Assembly: GCA_041753595.1 (NCBI GenBank)
Contig: JBGSTW010000013.1
Coordinates: forward strand, 1 to 64,000
Direction of reading: 5' to 3'
Source of the DNA: Bacteroidia bacterium
Lineage (GTDB): Bacteria > Bacteroidota > Bacteroidia > J057
DNA: 64,000 bases
The notes beneath the pieces were generated by a model. That model was given only the letters and a program-made list of their open reading frames with translations. It did no database searches and was not told the origin of the DNA. A program made the translations under genes and the position numbers. This document shows, in pieces, positions 37,753 to 47,682 of the stretch (the first letter of the stretch is position 1; each line of letters begins with the position of its first letter).

Positions 37753-38032
37753 ACTGCTTCGCGCTAAAATCGGGGGGATGCGTTTTTCTATAATCCGGGC
37801 ACCCCTGACGGGGTTTTCGGAGTGGATGATTTTGGGGAGGATGCGCAGAATAGCTTTTTCAGGGCCGACCTGGCTTTTCGTCGGAGACTGAAGCTCGGCG
37901 GTACAGGTTAGTACACGCGAGGTTGGGGGCGGGCTTTTTTTTGGGAGCGGGTGTCAAACCCGCCGTTATTGAATGGCGCGTCACGTGGATTGGCAGGACT
38001 GGCGATCCTTCGCGGTGGGTTTGATACCCACC
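37631..38032. repeat. pair of ~95-bp direct repeats (~37631-37726 and ~37935-38032) flanking a copy of the small dispersed repeat
   Basis: The two copies are about 85% identical. Each contains a T-run followed by the hairpin ggcgggtatcaaacccgcc, written g(a/g)gcgggt(a/g)tcaaacccgcc across the two copies. Confidence 0.7.
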
Positions 38033-38147
38033 AACAACGATGGGGGGCAGATGATTTTGCTAGTAGCACCCCCCTGCAATTCCCCCTTTCGTCTTTTTTC
38101 CCTAGCTTCCCCTTTTCTCCGAAACCCCTGACTATCCGAAAACCGGA

Positions 38148-40346
38148 ATGAACGCCCCTTACCCTGCCTCCGGCTGGTTTTTTCGCTGCTTGCTGCTCGC
38201 TTTGGCGGCTGGCGGGCTGCTCCCACGCGCGCAGGCACAAACCGACCGCACGCCCAACCGTGCGGGCTACGTGCTGCACATCCATAAAGCCGCAGGCACC
38301 TTCCACATCGACGGGCAGCTCGATGAGCCCGACTGGCTCAGCGCCGAGGTAGCGGGCGATTTTTGGCGGGTGCAGCCCATCGACACGGGCTACGCCACCA
38401 CCACCACCGAGGTGCGCATGAGCTACGACGACCGCAACCTCTACTTCGGCATTGTCTGCCACGAGCGCGTGCCCGGCCCCAACATTATCGCTTCGCTGCG
38501 CCGCGATTTTGGATTCGGCGCCAACGACAATTTTCTCCTATTTATCGACACCTACAACGACCAAACGAACGGCTTCTCCTTCGGTGCCTCGGCAGGCGGT
38601 GCGCAGTGGGACGGCATCCAGTCCAACGGTGGCACGGTGGCCCTCGACTGGGACTGCAAGTGGACCTCGGCCGTGAAGCAGTACCCCGATTACTGGATCA
38701 TCGAGATGCAGGTGCCCTTCCGCAACCTCCAGTTCAAGGAGGGGATCGATCAATGGGGCATCAACTTCAGCCGCATGGACGTGAAGGCGAACGAAAAGTC
38801 GAGCTGGGCGCCCGTGCCCCGGCAGTTTGCTACCGCCAACCTGGGTTTTGCGGGCACGCTGCAGTGGGATGCGCCGCCGCCCAAGTCCAAAGGCAATTTT
38901 TCGCTCATTCCCTATGTCACCGCGCGGAGTTCGCACGACTACGTGCTCGACGACCGCAAGCCGTTTACGTCCAACGCGGGCATCGACGCCAAGATAGCGG
39001 TGTCGCCCACGCTCAAGCTCGACCTCACCCTCAACCCCGATTTTTCGCAGGTGGACGTGGACGAGCAGCAAACCAACCTCGACCGCTTCGAGCTGTTTTT
39101 TCCGGAAAGGCGGCGTTTTTTCCTCGAAAACCAGGACGCATTCACGGGCTTCGGCAAAGACAACCTGCGTCCGTTTTTCTCGCGGCGCATCGGCCTCACC
39201 AGCCCCGTGCAGGCGGGCTTGCGCCTCAGCGGCAAAATCAACGAAACGGTGCGCATCGGCCTGCTCGATATGCAAACGGTTGCGAACGCGGTAGCTCCGG
39301 CAGCGAATTTCACGGTGGCTTCGATTCAAAAAAAGGTCTTCGCCCGGTCAAACATCGGGGTGTTTGTGGTGAACAAGCAGCTCACCGCGCCGGAATCGGC
39401 CAGCCCCGACAGCCTCAACCGCTACAACCGCGTGGTGGGCATCGACTACAACCTGGCCAGTGCCAACAGCCGCTGGACCGGGAAGTTCTTCGCGCATAAG
39501 TCGTTTACGCCCGCAGGCGAGGCGCAATCGATGGTAGCCTCCGCCAACCTCGCCTACAGCACCCCGCAGTGGCTGATCAGCGGTGCTTACGACCAGGTGG
39601 GCGCCAATTTTGTGGCGGAAACGGGTTTTTTTCGCCGCACGGGACTGCACCTTACCGAGGGATCGGTGGGCTACCGCTTTTATCCGCATTCTAAAACCGT
39701 CGTCAACCACGGCCCCACGGGCAGCGTGCAGTATATTTTTGATCCGGCCTTCAAAAAAACGGACCACCTCTGGCAGGCTTCCTACGCCCTGGTGATGCTC
39801 AACCGCAGCGAAATGAAGCTCACCTACAGCGCGCAGTTTATCCGGCTGCTCGCGCCTTTCGATCCTACGCGGTCGGTAGGTATTTTCCTCGAAGAAGGCA
39901 CCGAGTATCAATGGAAAAGCCTGGCATTCAGTTATTTATCCGACGCCAGGAAGTTGTTCAATTACTCCTTCACCACGGGCTACGGCGGTTTTTACCACGG
40001 CAACCGCTTCAATGCCCAGGGCCAGGTAAACTTCCGCTTTCAGCCCTACGGCAGCATCGCCCTCAACGTGACGTACAACAACCTGCAGTTTCCGGAGCCG
40101 TACCCCGACGTCGATTTTTTCCTCATCGGCCCCAAACTCGACCTCACGCTTTCCACCAAACTGTTTTTTACCACGCAGGTCCAGTACAACGAGCAAATCA
40201 AAAACATGAACACCAATATCCGCCTGCAGTGGCGCTACAAGCCGGTTTCGGATCTGTTCATCGTGTACTCCGACAACTACCTGCCCCAACCCTGGAATGT
40301 GAAAAACCGGGCGCTGGTGGTGAAGCTGTCGTATTGGTTTAACTGA
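38148..40346 (+). CDS. DUF5916-like secreted protein: N-terminal CBM9-like carbohydrate-binding module plus a large beta-rich C-terminal domain
   Basis: Signal peptide MNAPYPASGWFFRCLLLALAAGGLLPRAQA. The CBM9-like segment is HIDGQLDEPDWLSAEVAGDFW...NLYFGIVCHE. The C-terminal half is long and beta-strand-rich. Confidence 0.7.
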   Translation: MNAPYPASGWFFRCLLLALAAGGLLPRAQAQTDRTPNRAGYVLHIHKAAGTFHIDGQLDEPDWLSAEVAGDFWRVQPIDTGYATTTTEVRMSYDDRNLYFGIVCHERVPGPNIIASLRRDFGFGANDNFLLFIDTYNDQTNGFSFGASAGGAQWDGIQSNGGTVALDWDCKWTSAVKQYPDYWIIEMQVPFRNLQFKEGIDQWGINFSRMDVKANEKSSWAPVPRQFATANLGFAGTLQWDAPPPKSKGNFSLIPYVTARSSHDYVLDDRKPFTSNAGIDAKIAVSPTLKLDLTLNPDFSQVDVDEQQTNLDRFELFFPERRRFFLENQDAFTGFGKDNLRPFFSRRIGLTSPVQAGLRLSGKINETVRIGLLDMQTVANAVAPAANFTVASIQKKVFARSNIGVFVVNKQLTAPESASPDSLNRYNRVVGIDYNLASANSRWTGKFFAHKSFTPAGEAQSMVASANLAYSTPQWLISGAYDQVGANFVAETGFFRRTGLHLTEGSVGYRFYPHSKTVVNHGPTGSVQYIFDPAFKKTDHLWQASYALVMLNRSEMKLTYSAQFIRLLAPFDPTRSVGIFLEEGTEYQWKSLAFSYLSDARKLFNYSFTTGYGGFYHGNRFNAQGQVNFRFQPYGSIALNVTYNNLQFPEPYPDVDFFLIGPKLDLTLSTKLFFTTQVQYNEQIKNMNTNIRLQWRYKPVSDLFIVYSDNYLPQPWNVKNRALVVKLSYWFN

Positions 40347-40482
40347 GGGGGAAAAGCTTTACCGCCCCTTGGCCATTTATTGGCTACCTTCCCTTTTTGC
40401 AGGTTATCGACCCCTTCAACATAACCAAACCTCCTGCCCGGTGGTTATGCATTTACTTTTCATCCAAAATCAACAAAATACC

Positions 40483-40959
40483 ATGTCTGATATGCTCAAG
40501 CCCGGCGCGCTTCTCCCCGACTTCCAGGTGCCCGACCAAAACGGCAATCCCGTTTCGCTCCACGATTTTGCCGGAAAAAAACTCATCGTTTACTTCTACC
40601 CCGAAGACAATACGCCCACTTGCACCAAGGAGGCCTGCAACCTCCGCGACAACTACGAGTTGCTGCAAAACGAAGGGTTTACCCTTGTGGGCGTGAGTCC
40701 CGATTCGCCGGAGAAGCACACCAAATTCGCAAATAAATTTTCGCTGCCCTTCCCGCTGCTCGCCGATACCGAACACCTGCTTATCGATGCTTTTGGGGTT
40801 TGGGGAGAGAAAAAAATGTACGGCAATACCTACATGGGCCTCTACCGCACCACCTTCATTGCCGACGAAACGGGGGTGATTACCCACGTGATCGACAAGG
40901 TGAAATCGGCTGACCACACCAACCAGATCCTGGAGCTGGTAAAATTACCGACAGCTTAA
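40483..40959 (+). CDS. bcp: thiol peroxidase Bcp (peroxiredoxin, AhpC/TSA family)
   Basis: ATG at 40483. The motif LIVYFYPEDNTPTCTKEAC carries the peroxidatic Cys in the T/S-x-x-C context. Confidence 0.85.
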   Translation: MSDMLKPGALLPDFQVPDQNGNPVSLHDFAGKKLIVYFYPEDNTPTCTKEACNLRDNYELLQNEGFTLVGVSPDSPEKHTKFANKFSLPFPLLADTEHLLIDAFGVWGEKKMYGNTYMGLYRTTFIADETGVITHVIDKVKSADHTNQILELVKLPTA

Positions 40960-40983
40960 CCCGCTATTTTTGACATAATCGAC

Positions 40984-41020
40984 AGGGAACCTTTTCATCC
41001 GGGTTCCCTTTCTTTATTTT
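40984..41020 (+). terminator. rho-independent terminator downstream of bcp
   Basis: Stem agggaacc / ggttccct with a 9-nt loop, followed by ttctttatttt. Confidence 0.6.
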
Positions 41021-41048
41021 AGCCATTCTTTAAAAAAATCACGCCCCC

Positions 41049-42116
41049 ATGCGCATCAAAGCTATACACGTCCGCAAAGAAAGCCTGGAACTTACCCGGC
41101 CCTATTCCATCGCCTACAAAACCATTACCGAAGTAGAAAATATCCTCGTAATCGTTGAAACAGACGAAGGACGCGTGGGCCTCGGTACCTCCAACCCCAG
41201 CAAGCAGGTGGTAGGCAAGGACCTGAACGATACCTTTCAGGCGCTCGATCAGGTAATGCTGGCCCGGTTTATCGGTAAAGACACCCGCGAACTGGGCGGT
41301 TTGCTGGAAGAGCTTCGTCGCACCTACCCCGAAAATCCAGGCGCACGGGCCGCTTTGGACATGGCTTTCTACGACCTCTTTGCGCAGGGACTCGGCATGC
41401 CCCTTGTGCGCTTTTTTGGCCAATACTACGCCGGGCTGCCTACTTCGGTCACCATCGGCATTAAAAACGAAGAAGAAACCCTTGAAGAAGCCGCTGAATA
41501 CATCGGCAAAGGGTTTAGGGCGTTGAAGGTGAAGCTGGGGCCGCAGGTAGAGCTGGAAATTGCCCGTATCCGCAAACTACGCGAAGTGTACGACCGCGAC
41601 ATCCTCCTGAGGGCGGATGCCAATCAGGCTTTCACGGTGCTGGAAACCAAGAAATTTCTGGCCGAAACGGCGGATGTTCACCTGGAGCTGCTGGAGCAGC
41701 CCCTGCCCGCCGCCGACTACAACGGCTGGCTGGAATTTAGCCCGGAAGAGCGGAACAAACTCGCTGCCGATGAATCGCTGGTCAACATCAACGATGCCAT
41801 CCGAATGACGCAGCCGACGCCCCGCACCGGCATTTTCAATATCAAACTGATGAAAACAGGAGGCATTGCGCCCGCCCGGCACATAGCCGAAGTAGCCCGT
41901 GCCGCCGACGTAAACCTCATGTGGGGATGCAACGACGAGTCAGTCGTTGGCATTGCGGCGGCTTTGCACACAGCACTGGCCTATCCGCATACCCGCTTCC
42001 TGGACCTCGACGGCAGCTTTGACCTGGGCCGCGATTTTGCCAAGGGCGGCTTTGCCCTCCGCGACGGCCTGATGGTGCCGCTCGATAAACCCGGACTGGG
42101 CGTCGAACTTATCTGA
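41049..42116 (+). CDS. enolase-superfamily dipeptide epimerase (L-Ala-D/L-Glu epimerase-like)
   Basis: KxK motif ALKVKLG. Metal ligands are D in LRADANQ, E in LELLEQP and D in LAADES. The second catalytic K is in FNIKLMKTGG. Confidence 0.8.
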   Translation: MRIKAIHVRKESLELTRPYSIAYKTITEVENILVIVETDEGRVGLGTSNPSKQVVGKDLNDTFQALDQVMLARFIGKDTRELGGLLEELRRTYPENPGARAALDMAFYDLFAQGLGMPLVRFFGQYYAGLPTSVTIGIKNEEETLEEAAEYIGKGFRALKVKLGPQVELEIARIRKLREVYDRDILLRADANQAFTVLETKKFLAETADVHLELLEQPLPAADYNGWLEFSPEERNKLAADESLVNINDAIRMTQPTPRTGIFNIKLMKTGGIAPARHIAEVARAADVNLMWGCNDESVVGIAAALHTALAYPHTRFLDLDGSFDLGRDFAKGGFALRDGLMVPLDKPGLGVELI

Positions 42117-42137
42117 TAAAAAGGGTGGGGAGCCTTA

Positions 42138-42389
42138 TTAGGCGGGGGAGAGCTCGAAACGGAACTGCTCAATGATCGGGTTTGCCAGCAATTTGCGGCA
42201 GGCGGCCTCTACCTGGTCAGAAGCGGCAGAAGCGTCGTCGGCCTCTACTTCGAGGTGAACCATTTTGCCAATGCGTACGTCACTGATCGCCTCAAAGCCC
42301 ATGTTGTGCAGGCCGAGTTGGGTAGCTTTTCCCTGAGGATCAAGGATTTCGGGACGGGGAGAAATGTAAATGGCAGCGCGGAACTTCAT
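42138..42389 (-). CDS. purS: phosphoribosylformylglycinamidine synthase subunit PurS
   Basis: 83 aa with the typical PurS sequence MKFRAAIYISPRPEILDPQGKA... Confidence 0.85.
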   Translation of the reverse strand: MKFRAAIYISPRPEILDPQGKATQLGLHNMGFEAISDVRIGKMVHLEVEADDASAASDQVEAACRKLLANPIIEQFRFELSPA

Positions 42390-42395
42390 GTTCGT

Positions 42396-43145
42396 TCAGG
42401 TAGGAGATTGGTCGGAAGTGGTTTTCAGCCAGATGTTTTCTGAGAAAGATAAAATCAGGTACCACAAAAATACACAGGGTACCGCTAGCATTTGGAACAA
42501 AACCAGCAAAAGCACAGACCCCCCGATCAGGAGGTAGCGAAAGCGGTTATTTTTCCAGGAAAAATCTTTGAACTTGAGGGCAATCAGTCGCACGTCCATC
42601 ACCATGGCCACACAGCAGGCCAGCGTAATGAGGACCAAAGGCCCTATTTGCACCAGGAAAGCCGCAGCGGGCGTTTCGGAATAGCCATTGCTGATGAGCC
42701 ACAGCGAAAGCACCAGCAGCGAAATGGCGGGAGTGGGTACCCCATAGAAATTATCCGATTGGCGGGTATCTAAATTGAACTTAGCCAGTCGCCAGCCCGA
42801 AAAAACCGGAATCAGCAGCCCGATCCACCACCAATGAGCGGTTTCGGTGCCTTGCAAAAACTGGCCTCCCGTTTCAGCGGTGAAGAGCATATGCGCCATA
42901 ATCAGGCCCGGCACCAGCCCAAAGGAAACCATGTCGGCCAGCGAGTCGAGCTCCTTTCCCATCGGCGAGCTCACTTTCAGGGCACGCGCCACCAGCCCAT
43001 CGCCAAAATCGAGCAGGAGGCTGATACCGATCAGGATCGCGACCTCCATTGGGCGGTCCTGCATGACAAATACCGTAGCCAACGCCCCGCAAAAGAGGTT
43101 GCCAAGGGTCATGAAATTGGGCAGATTCGATATCAGGCGGCGCAT
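42396..43145 (-). CDS. pssA: CDP-diacylglycerol--serine O-phosphatidyltransferase (CDP-alcohol phosphatidyltransferase family)
   Basis: Motif DFGDGLVARALKVSSPMGKELDSLAD, which matches D-G-x2-A-R...G-x3-D-x3-D. Multiple TM helices. Confidence 0.85.
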   Translation of the reverse strand: MRRLISNLPNFMTLGNLFCGALATVFVMQDRPMEVAILIGISLLLDFGDGLVARALKVSSPMGKELDSLADMVSFGLVPGLIMAHMLFTAETGGQFLQGTETAHWWWIGLLIPVFSGWRLAKFNLDTRQSDNFYGVPTPAISLLVLSLWLISNGYSETPAAAFLVQIGPLVLITLACCVAMVMDVRLIALKFKDFSWKNNRFRYLLIGGSVLLLVLFQMLAVPCVFLWYLILSFSENIWLKTTSDQSPT

Positions 43146-43251
43146 GCGCGCAAAGGTAGGGAATTACGGGATAAGCCAAAGCGGTGGTTTTTATTGAAAA
43201 AATGACAGCGCAGTTCTCAGTCACCCCCAGCTTTCCCGAAAGGAAAAGCCC

Positions 43252-45951
43252 CTAGTTCTTCCTTATTTTTTGAAAATAAATTTTTCCCTGCGCATCCTGC
43301 ACCACCACCTGGTAAATGCCCGAAGCATAGCCCCGAAGGTCGAAAAAATGTAACGATTCCCCTTCGGTTACCTGCAGGCGTTGTCTGTCAACTACCCGCC
43401 CGGAGGGACCCAGCAACTGCCAGGTGAGCGTCTGTGCGGCCGGAGCGACAAACCACACGGAAATAAAATCATCGGCAGGCGACGGGTAGATCGGGCGCAT
43501 CACCAGCGAGGCGGAGGAGTCGCTTACCCCCGGAAAAAGCTGGCTTTGGGGTATCAATTCGCGTGAAAAACGCTCCCCACTCCACGAAAGCGCGATCTGC
43601 GCTCCGCCGATGTACTCAAAATACACCAGCCGGATGCTGTGCTTTTGGCCGCCTTCGAGGTGAATTTTTCCTTCGCGCTCCGTCGGGCGGTGGGGCGCCC
43701 AGTCGTCTATCACCAACTGGTCGTCGAGGTACAACTGGCAGCCGTCATCTGCGAGGGTATAAAAGGTTACCTCCTCCGATTCGTACGGCAGAATGCTACC
43801 TTCCCAAACCACCATGAATTCGTTGCCCGAGATTTGTATGGGATCCGGAGAGCTTTCACCCCAATCAAAGGAAATCTGAGAATCTATGCGCCGAAAAACA
43901 GGACCGGTATCCGGCAGCGGATTGTTCCAGTTATTGGAGTAATAGGAGCCCGTTAGGCCCGTTCCGTTGGCGTAGAGCAAGGGAGAATACCAGGCTTCCA
44001 CCTTCGACACGCCCCCGGGCAGCACATAGGTGCGCAGGGTTTCGCGACCCGCATTTTCCCAATTTCTGAAAATCAACCGCCCTTCGGGTTGCTCAACGGT
44101 GGCCACGGGTTCGATGGTCCGCTCCATGCCTTCCACCCCGGTTCCTTCCCACGGCGTAATCACATTGAGTCCGTCGATATTTACCGGAATACCGGTGGGA
44201 TTGGTTTCTACCCGAAAGGTGCTGATGCGGGGCTTGATGTCGAGGTAAGCCGTTTGCTTGAGTCCTTCGGGATCGGTGGCAGTGAGGGACACGAGGTACC
44301 ATACTTTTTCGGAAAGCTCCCCTACCCTTGGCACCACAAATGTACCCGATGAAATGCCGGAAACCGGCATCAGCCCCGGATGTGCATGCGCTTCGTGGTA
44401 AAAATCAATTTTCCAGGTAAGGGCCGAATCGGGCAAAGGGCCTGATTCGGGATCGGTGGCCGATCCTTCAAAATGCAGGGTATCGCCGCCGGCGTAGGTT
44501 GAAAATTCCAATGGCAGGGAGATTCGCGGTACCGGACGTCGGTTGGTCGTTACACTCAAAATAGCTGCCTGGCTGGTATCGGCTCCGAGGTCGTTCCACA
44601 CCCGGCAGCGCACAAGGCTGCCATCGTCTTCTATTCCCACCGCCGGAAAATCAAATGCCGGATGGGTCGCACCGGCAACTTCCAGCCCGTTTACTTCCCA
44701 CTGGTTCTGGAGCGGTGCAGCTCCCGATGCCTGAATAACAAAGCGGGTGGTTTCGCCGAGGGGAACCAGCACCGGTTGGGGCTGTACGGACACGTGCGGC
44801 GCGCCGGAGCCGGTATAGTTTATTTTCCACAAAGACCCTTCGTTGCTGCCGGTATTGTCCTGGTCAGAGCCATCTCCCAGTCCGCCTCTGGCGATGTAGT
44901 ACAGGCTGCCATCCGGGCCAGTGAGTAGCAACAATAAGCGGTTGATGCCTGTGGCAAATACCTTCACAAATTGCCCGTTATCGGGATTGAGCACCCGGAT
45001 AGAGCCGTTGCAGTAATCGCCAAAGAAGTATTTGCCCACATACTCCTGCGGAAACTGCCCCTGTGCGGGCTGATAGAAGCTACCTCCGACCACCGCGCAA
45101 CCCATAACATGCGAGTAGGTATAAAAGGGATCCTGGTAAGCCACGGGCATGGGTTGACTGGTACGCTTTCCTTCAATGTTCTGCCAGCCATAGTGGGCGC
45201 CGGGGAGAATTTCGTTTACTTCTTCCCAGTCTTCGCGGCCCACATCGTTTACAAAAAGACGGCCCGTAACCGGATCTTTAGTCATGGTAAAGGGGTTGCG
45301 CAGCCCGCGGGCATAGATCGCCCGGTATTTTCCGGTTGTCTGGGTGTAAAAGGGATTGTCCTCCGGAATGGTTCCATCGGGGTTGAGGCGAAGCACTTTG
45401 CCATGGGTTTTGACGAGGTCGCCTGCGTAAGCACCGTAGGCCCCATCACCGGTGGCTACATAGAGTTTGCCATCGTTGCCAAATTGCATAGCACCGCCGT
45501 TGTGGATGCCTGCCGCCAGTGGGTCCATTTCAAAAAGCACGGTTTCACTGCCCGGAATGGCCAGGTCGCCGTTTATCTGAAAGCGGGAAAGACGGTTGAA
45601 GTGGGCGTTATTCGGCACTGTGTAATACACGTACAAGTAGCCATTTTGCTCAAAGCTGGGGTCCAACACGATGCCTTCGAGGCCGCGCTCGTTGAAGTCG
45701 TCCACAGCGATGCTGAGCATGGGAATTGTAACCAGCGAGTCATTTCGAAAGATGCGGACTTTGCCATTTTTCTCTGCAATCAATATCCTGCCATCCGGAG
45801 CCATCACCATCGCTGTGGGATTGAGCCCTGAAGCGAGCCTCGTTTCCGAAAATCCACTAAGTAAGTCTGCAGCCAAGGTTTTGGAAGGAAAAAGAGGTTG
45901 TGCTACCCCTATAAGAAACAGGGTTGCTACTCGTAAACAGGTTGCTCTCAT
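43252..45951 (-). CDS. PQQ-dependent sugar (glucose/sorbosone) dehydrogenase beta-propeller fused to a PA14 domain and a T9SS C-terminal sorting domain
   Basis: Signal peptide. GSDH-like motifs GRILIAEKNGKVRIF ... GLRNPF. The PA14-like segment is GTGLTGSYYSNNW...FDWGESSP. The C-terminal domain is ...IYPSPADDFISVWF...GIYQVVVQDAQGKIYFQKIRKN. Confidence 0.85.
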   Translation of the reverse strand: MRATCLRVATLFLIGVAQPLFPSKTLAADLLSGFSETRLASGLNPTAMVMAPDGRILIAEKNGKVRIFRNDSLVTIPMLSIAVDDFNERGLEGIVLDPSFEQNGYLYVYYTVPNNAHFNRLSRFQINGDLAIPGSETVLFEMDPLAAGIHNGGAMQFGNDGKLYVATGDGAYGAYAGDLVKTHGKVLRLNPDGTIPEDNPFYTQTTGKYRAIYARGLRNPFTMTKDPVTGRLFVNDVGREDWEEVNEILPGAHYGWQNIEGKRTSQPMPVAYQDPFYTYSHVMGCAVVGGSFYQPAQGQFPQEYVGKYFFGDYCNGSIRVLNPDNGQFVKVFATGINRLLLLLTGPDGSLYYIARGGLGDGSDQDNTGSNEGSLWKINYTGSGAPHVSVQPQPVLVPLGETTRFVIQASGAAPLQNQWEVNGLEVAGATHPAFDFPAVGIEDDGSLVRCRVWNDLGADTSQAAILSVTTNRRPVPRISLPLEFSTYAGGDTLHFEGSATDPESGPLPDSALTWKIDFYHEAHAHPGLMPVSGISSGTFVVPRVGELSEKVWYLVSLTATDPEGLKQTAYLDIKPRISTFRVETNPTGIPVNIDGLNVITPWEGTGVEGMERTIEPVATVEQPEGRLIFRNWENAGRETLRTYVLPGGVSKVEAWYSPLLYANGTGLTGSYYSNNWNNPLPDTGPVFRRIDSQISFDWGESSPDPIQISGNEFMVVWEGSILPYESEEVTFYTLADDGCQLYLDDQLVIDDWAPHRPTEREGKIHLEGGQKHSIRLVYFEYIGGAQIALSWSGERFSRELIPQSQLFPGVSDSSASLVMRPIYPSPADDFISVWFVAPAAQTLTWQLLGPSGRVVDRQRLQVTEGESLHFFDLRGYASGIYQVVVQDAQGKIYFQKIRKN

Positions 45952-46064
45952 AAAAAAAAACTGCTAAAAGCTTGACCCCAAAAATACCGCGTTATTCTAA
46001 TTTTATTCTAATAAAAAACGCCTGCAAACACACGATTGATCACCTTTTGAAGTCTGAATCAGGC

Positions 46065-46110
46065 AAAAAACGAAAATACCCGAAGGACCTAACGGCCTCC
46101 GGGTAATTTT
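46065..46110 (-). terminator. putative rho-independent terminator after gene 46135..47646
   Basis: Stem cccgaagg / cctccggg with one mismatch and a 9-nt loop. It is flanked by an A-run on the plus strand (a T-run on the minus strand) and by a T-run downstream on the plus strand. Confidence 0.45.
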
Positions 46111-46134
46111 TATAAGTAAAAGCCATAAAACCGT

Positions 46135-47646
46135 TTATACCGCGGCGTAGGCTTTGCGCAGGTCGTCGAGGCGGGAAAGGTGCAGGTCGGCTTCTTTGTG
46201 CAAATGGGGGTCTTCCACAAGTTGCTTCACTTCCAGCGACTTGGCTACCATGTCGAGGTAGCGGCCTTCGTTGAATTCGTCCACCTCCTGCTGCACATAC
46301 CAGCTAGCCTCTACGTGGTTGAGCAGGGTAAGGGCCCTTTCGAGCGGAAACCTGCCGGGCGTGCGTATTTCGAGGGCTTCCTGGTAGTAATGCAGGGCCT
46401 TCTTATGGTTATCTGAATGAACGGCAGCCGGGTATTTCGTCAGGGCATTGCCGAAGCTATTGCAGACCAGGGCGTATTCGTAGGGGTAATTTTCTTTGTC
46501 AAAAATGGTCAGGGCTTCGGTGAAAGCCGCTGAGGATACCGCCGCCCAAACACTCTTTTTCTTTACCTCATCGGGTATTTCGGAGTAAATGACCCCGAGC
46601 ATGTGCTGGATTTCGGCAAAAACTTCGGGCGTTTGATCACGCGAGAACACCTTCAAGGCTTGCTGAAAAGCGTCTATTGCCGGACGGAAAAACTGCGCCT
46701 GGCCTTTTTTGGCCCAGGTGTAGAGCAGGGTACCTTTCCGGAACTGGGCATTGGCCAGCAGCTCACCGAGGCCCTCGTTGCCAAAAATTTCAATCGCCTG
46801 GTTCACGTAACCCAGCGACTCGGCAAAGCTTTCGGCATAGTTGGCGATCTGGGCAGCATCTACGAGCAGCAGACCGCGCTCCGCTTCGCGGTGATAGGTT
46901 TCCAGGTGCCCGAGCACTTCCCACAGGGTTTGTTTCAGTTCGGCCAGGAGCGCCTGGTCATAGGGCACCGCCAGTTTATTCATCCACACGGCACACAAGC
47001 CCTGCTTCAGTTCCATTTTCACCTGATCGTGAGGGGCATATTGCAACGCGCCCAGCAGGAGGTCCTCGGCATGGGCCACATGGCCTACATCCGATAGAAA
47101 AACGGCGTATTGCTTGGCGGAAAATGCTTTCCAGGCATCATCGGGCGCAGCTACCATGGCTTCGTGGTAGAAGTAGCGCACTTTTTCTCCGTCGAAATTG
47201 GCTTCCTCTGCCGCATAGTGCCGCACCACAGCCTGGTTGTGCATCAGGCGGTATTCTTCAAACTCCGAATACTCACTCGCCAATTCGTCGGGGTTGACCG
47301 GCATGCCGATGCGGATGCGGTCCATTACCTCCATTTCCTGGAGGAGGGCAGGGTCACCGGCGAGCCATTCCCAGGCTTTTTCGTTGTTTCCCAAAAAGAA
47401 AAAAACCAACCCCAGCAGCACCTCTGGTTTCGCTGGCAGGTATTCGGGCAAAATATAGGGGGTATGCCTGTTTTTCCAGTCGATTGACAAGGCTATTCCT
47501 TTCTTTTCAAAACGGAAATCGGGATCATCGCCAGCCACGAGGGCGGCTTCGTCCTTTACCGATACCAGTTCATTGAGGCGGTGTTCGCGGGCGATCCAGC
47601 TGTGGATGGTTTCATGATGATCGGCCGGTGCAACGATAAGCAGCAT
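46135..47646 (-). CDS. hypothetical protein (503 aa, helical) encoded in the [NiFe]-hydrogenase cluster
   Basis: No catalytic motif is recognised. It sits 36 bp downstream of the preceding gene and is co-directional with it. Confidence 0.55.
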   Translation of the reverse strand: MLLIVAPADHHETIHSWIAREHRLNELVSVKDEAALVAGDDPDFRFEKKGIALSIDWKNRHTPYILPEYLPAKPEVLLGLVFFFLGNNEKAWEWLAGDPALLQEMEVMDRIRIGMPVNPDELASEYSEFEEYRLMHNQAVVRHYAAEEANFDGEKVRYFYHEAMVAAPDDAWKAFSAKQYAVFLSDVGHVAHAEDLLLGALQYAPHDQVKMELKQGLCAVWMNKLAVPYDQALLAELKQTLWEVLGHLETYHREAERGLLLVDAAQIANYAESFAESLGYVNQAIEIFGNEGLGELLANAQFRKGTLLYTWAKKGQAQFFRPAIDAFQQALKVFSRDQTPEVFAEIQHMLGVIYSEIPDEVKKKSVWAAVSSAAFTEALTIFDKENYPYEYALVCNSFGNALTKYPAAVHSDNHKKALHYYQEALEIRTPGRFPLERALTLLNHVEASWYVQQEVDEFNEGRYLDMVAKSLEVKQLVEDPHLHKEADLHLSRLDDLRKAYAAV

Positions 47647-47682
47647 AAACGTAGAAGTTAAGGCGGGTTTCAGGAGAAAAAT

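Noticed and set aside
37951-38151. 66-aa ORF starting MSNPPLLNGASRGLAG...
   Set aside because: It lies inside the second ~95-bp direct repeat. It is a repeat-encoded echo of the frame-through at the sulfatase remnant.
38363-39499. 378-aa plus-strand ORF, and 38538..39329 on the minus strand, inside the DUF5916-like gene
   Set aside because: They are alternative-frame and antisense products. They are Arg/Pro/Gly-rich, typical of the wrong frame in GC-rich DNA, and the authentic frame has a signal peptide and a coherent domain structure.
42874-43224. Overlapping small ORFs around pssA
   Set aside because: They are alternative frames or antisense to the well-supported CDP-alcohol phosphatidyltransferase gene.
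44971-45831. 286-aa plus-strand ORF
   Set aside because: It is antisense to the PQQ-dehydrogenase gene.
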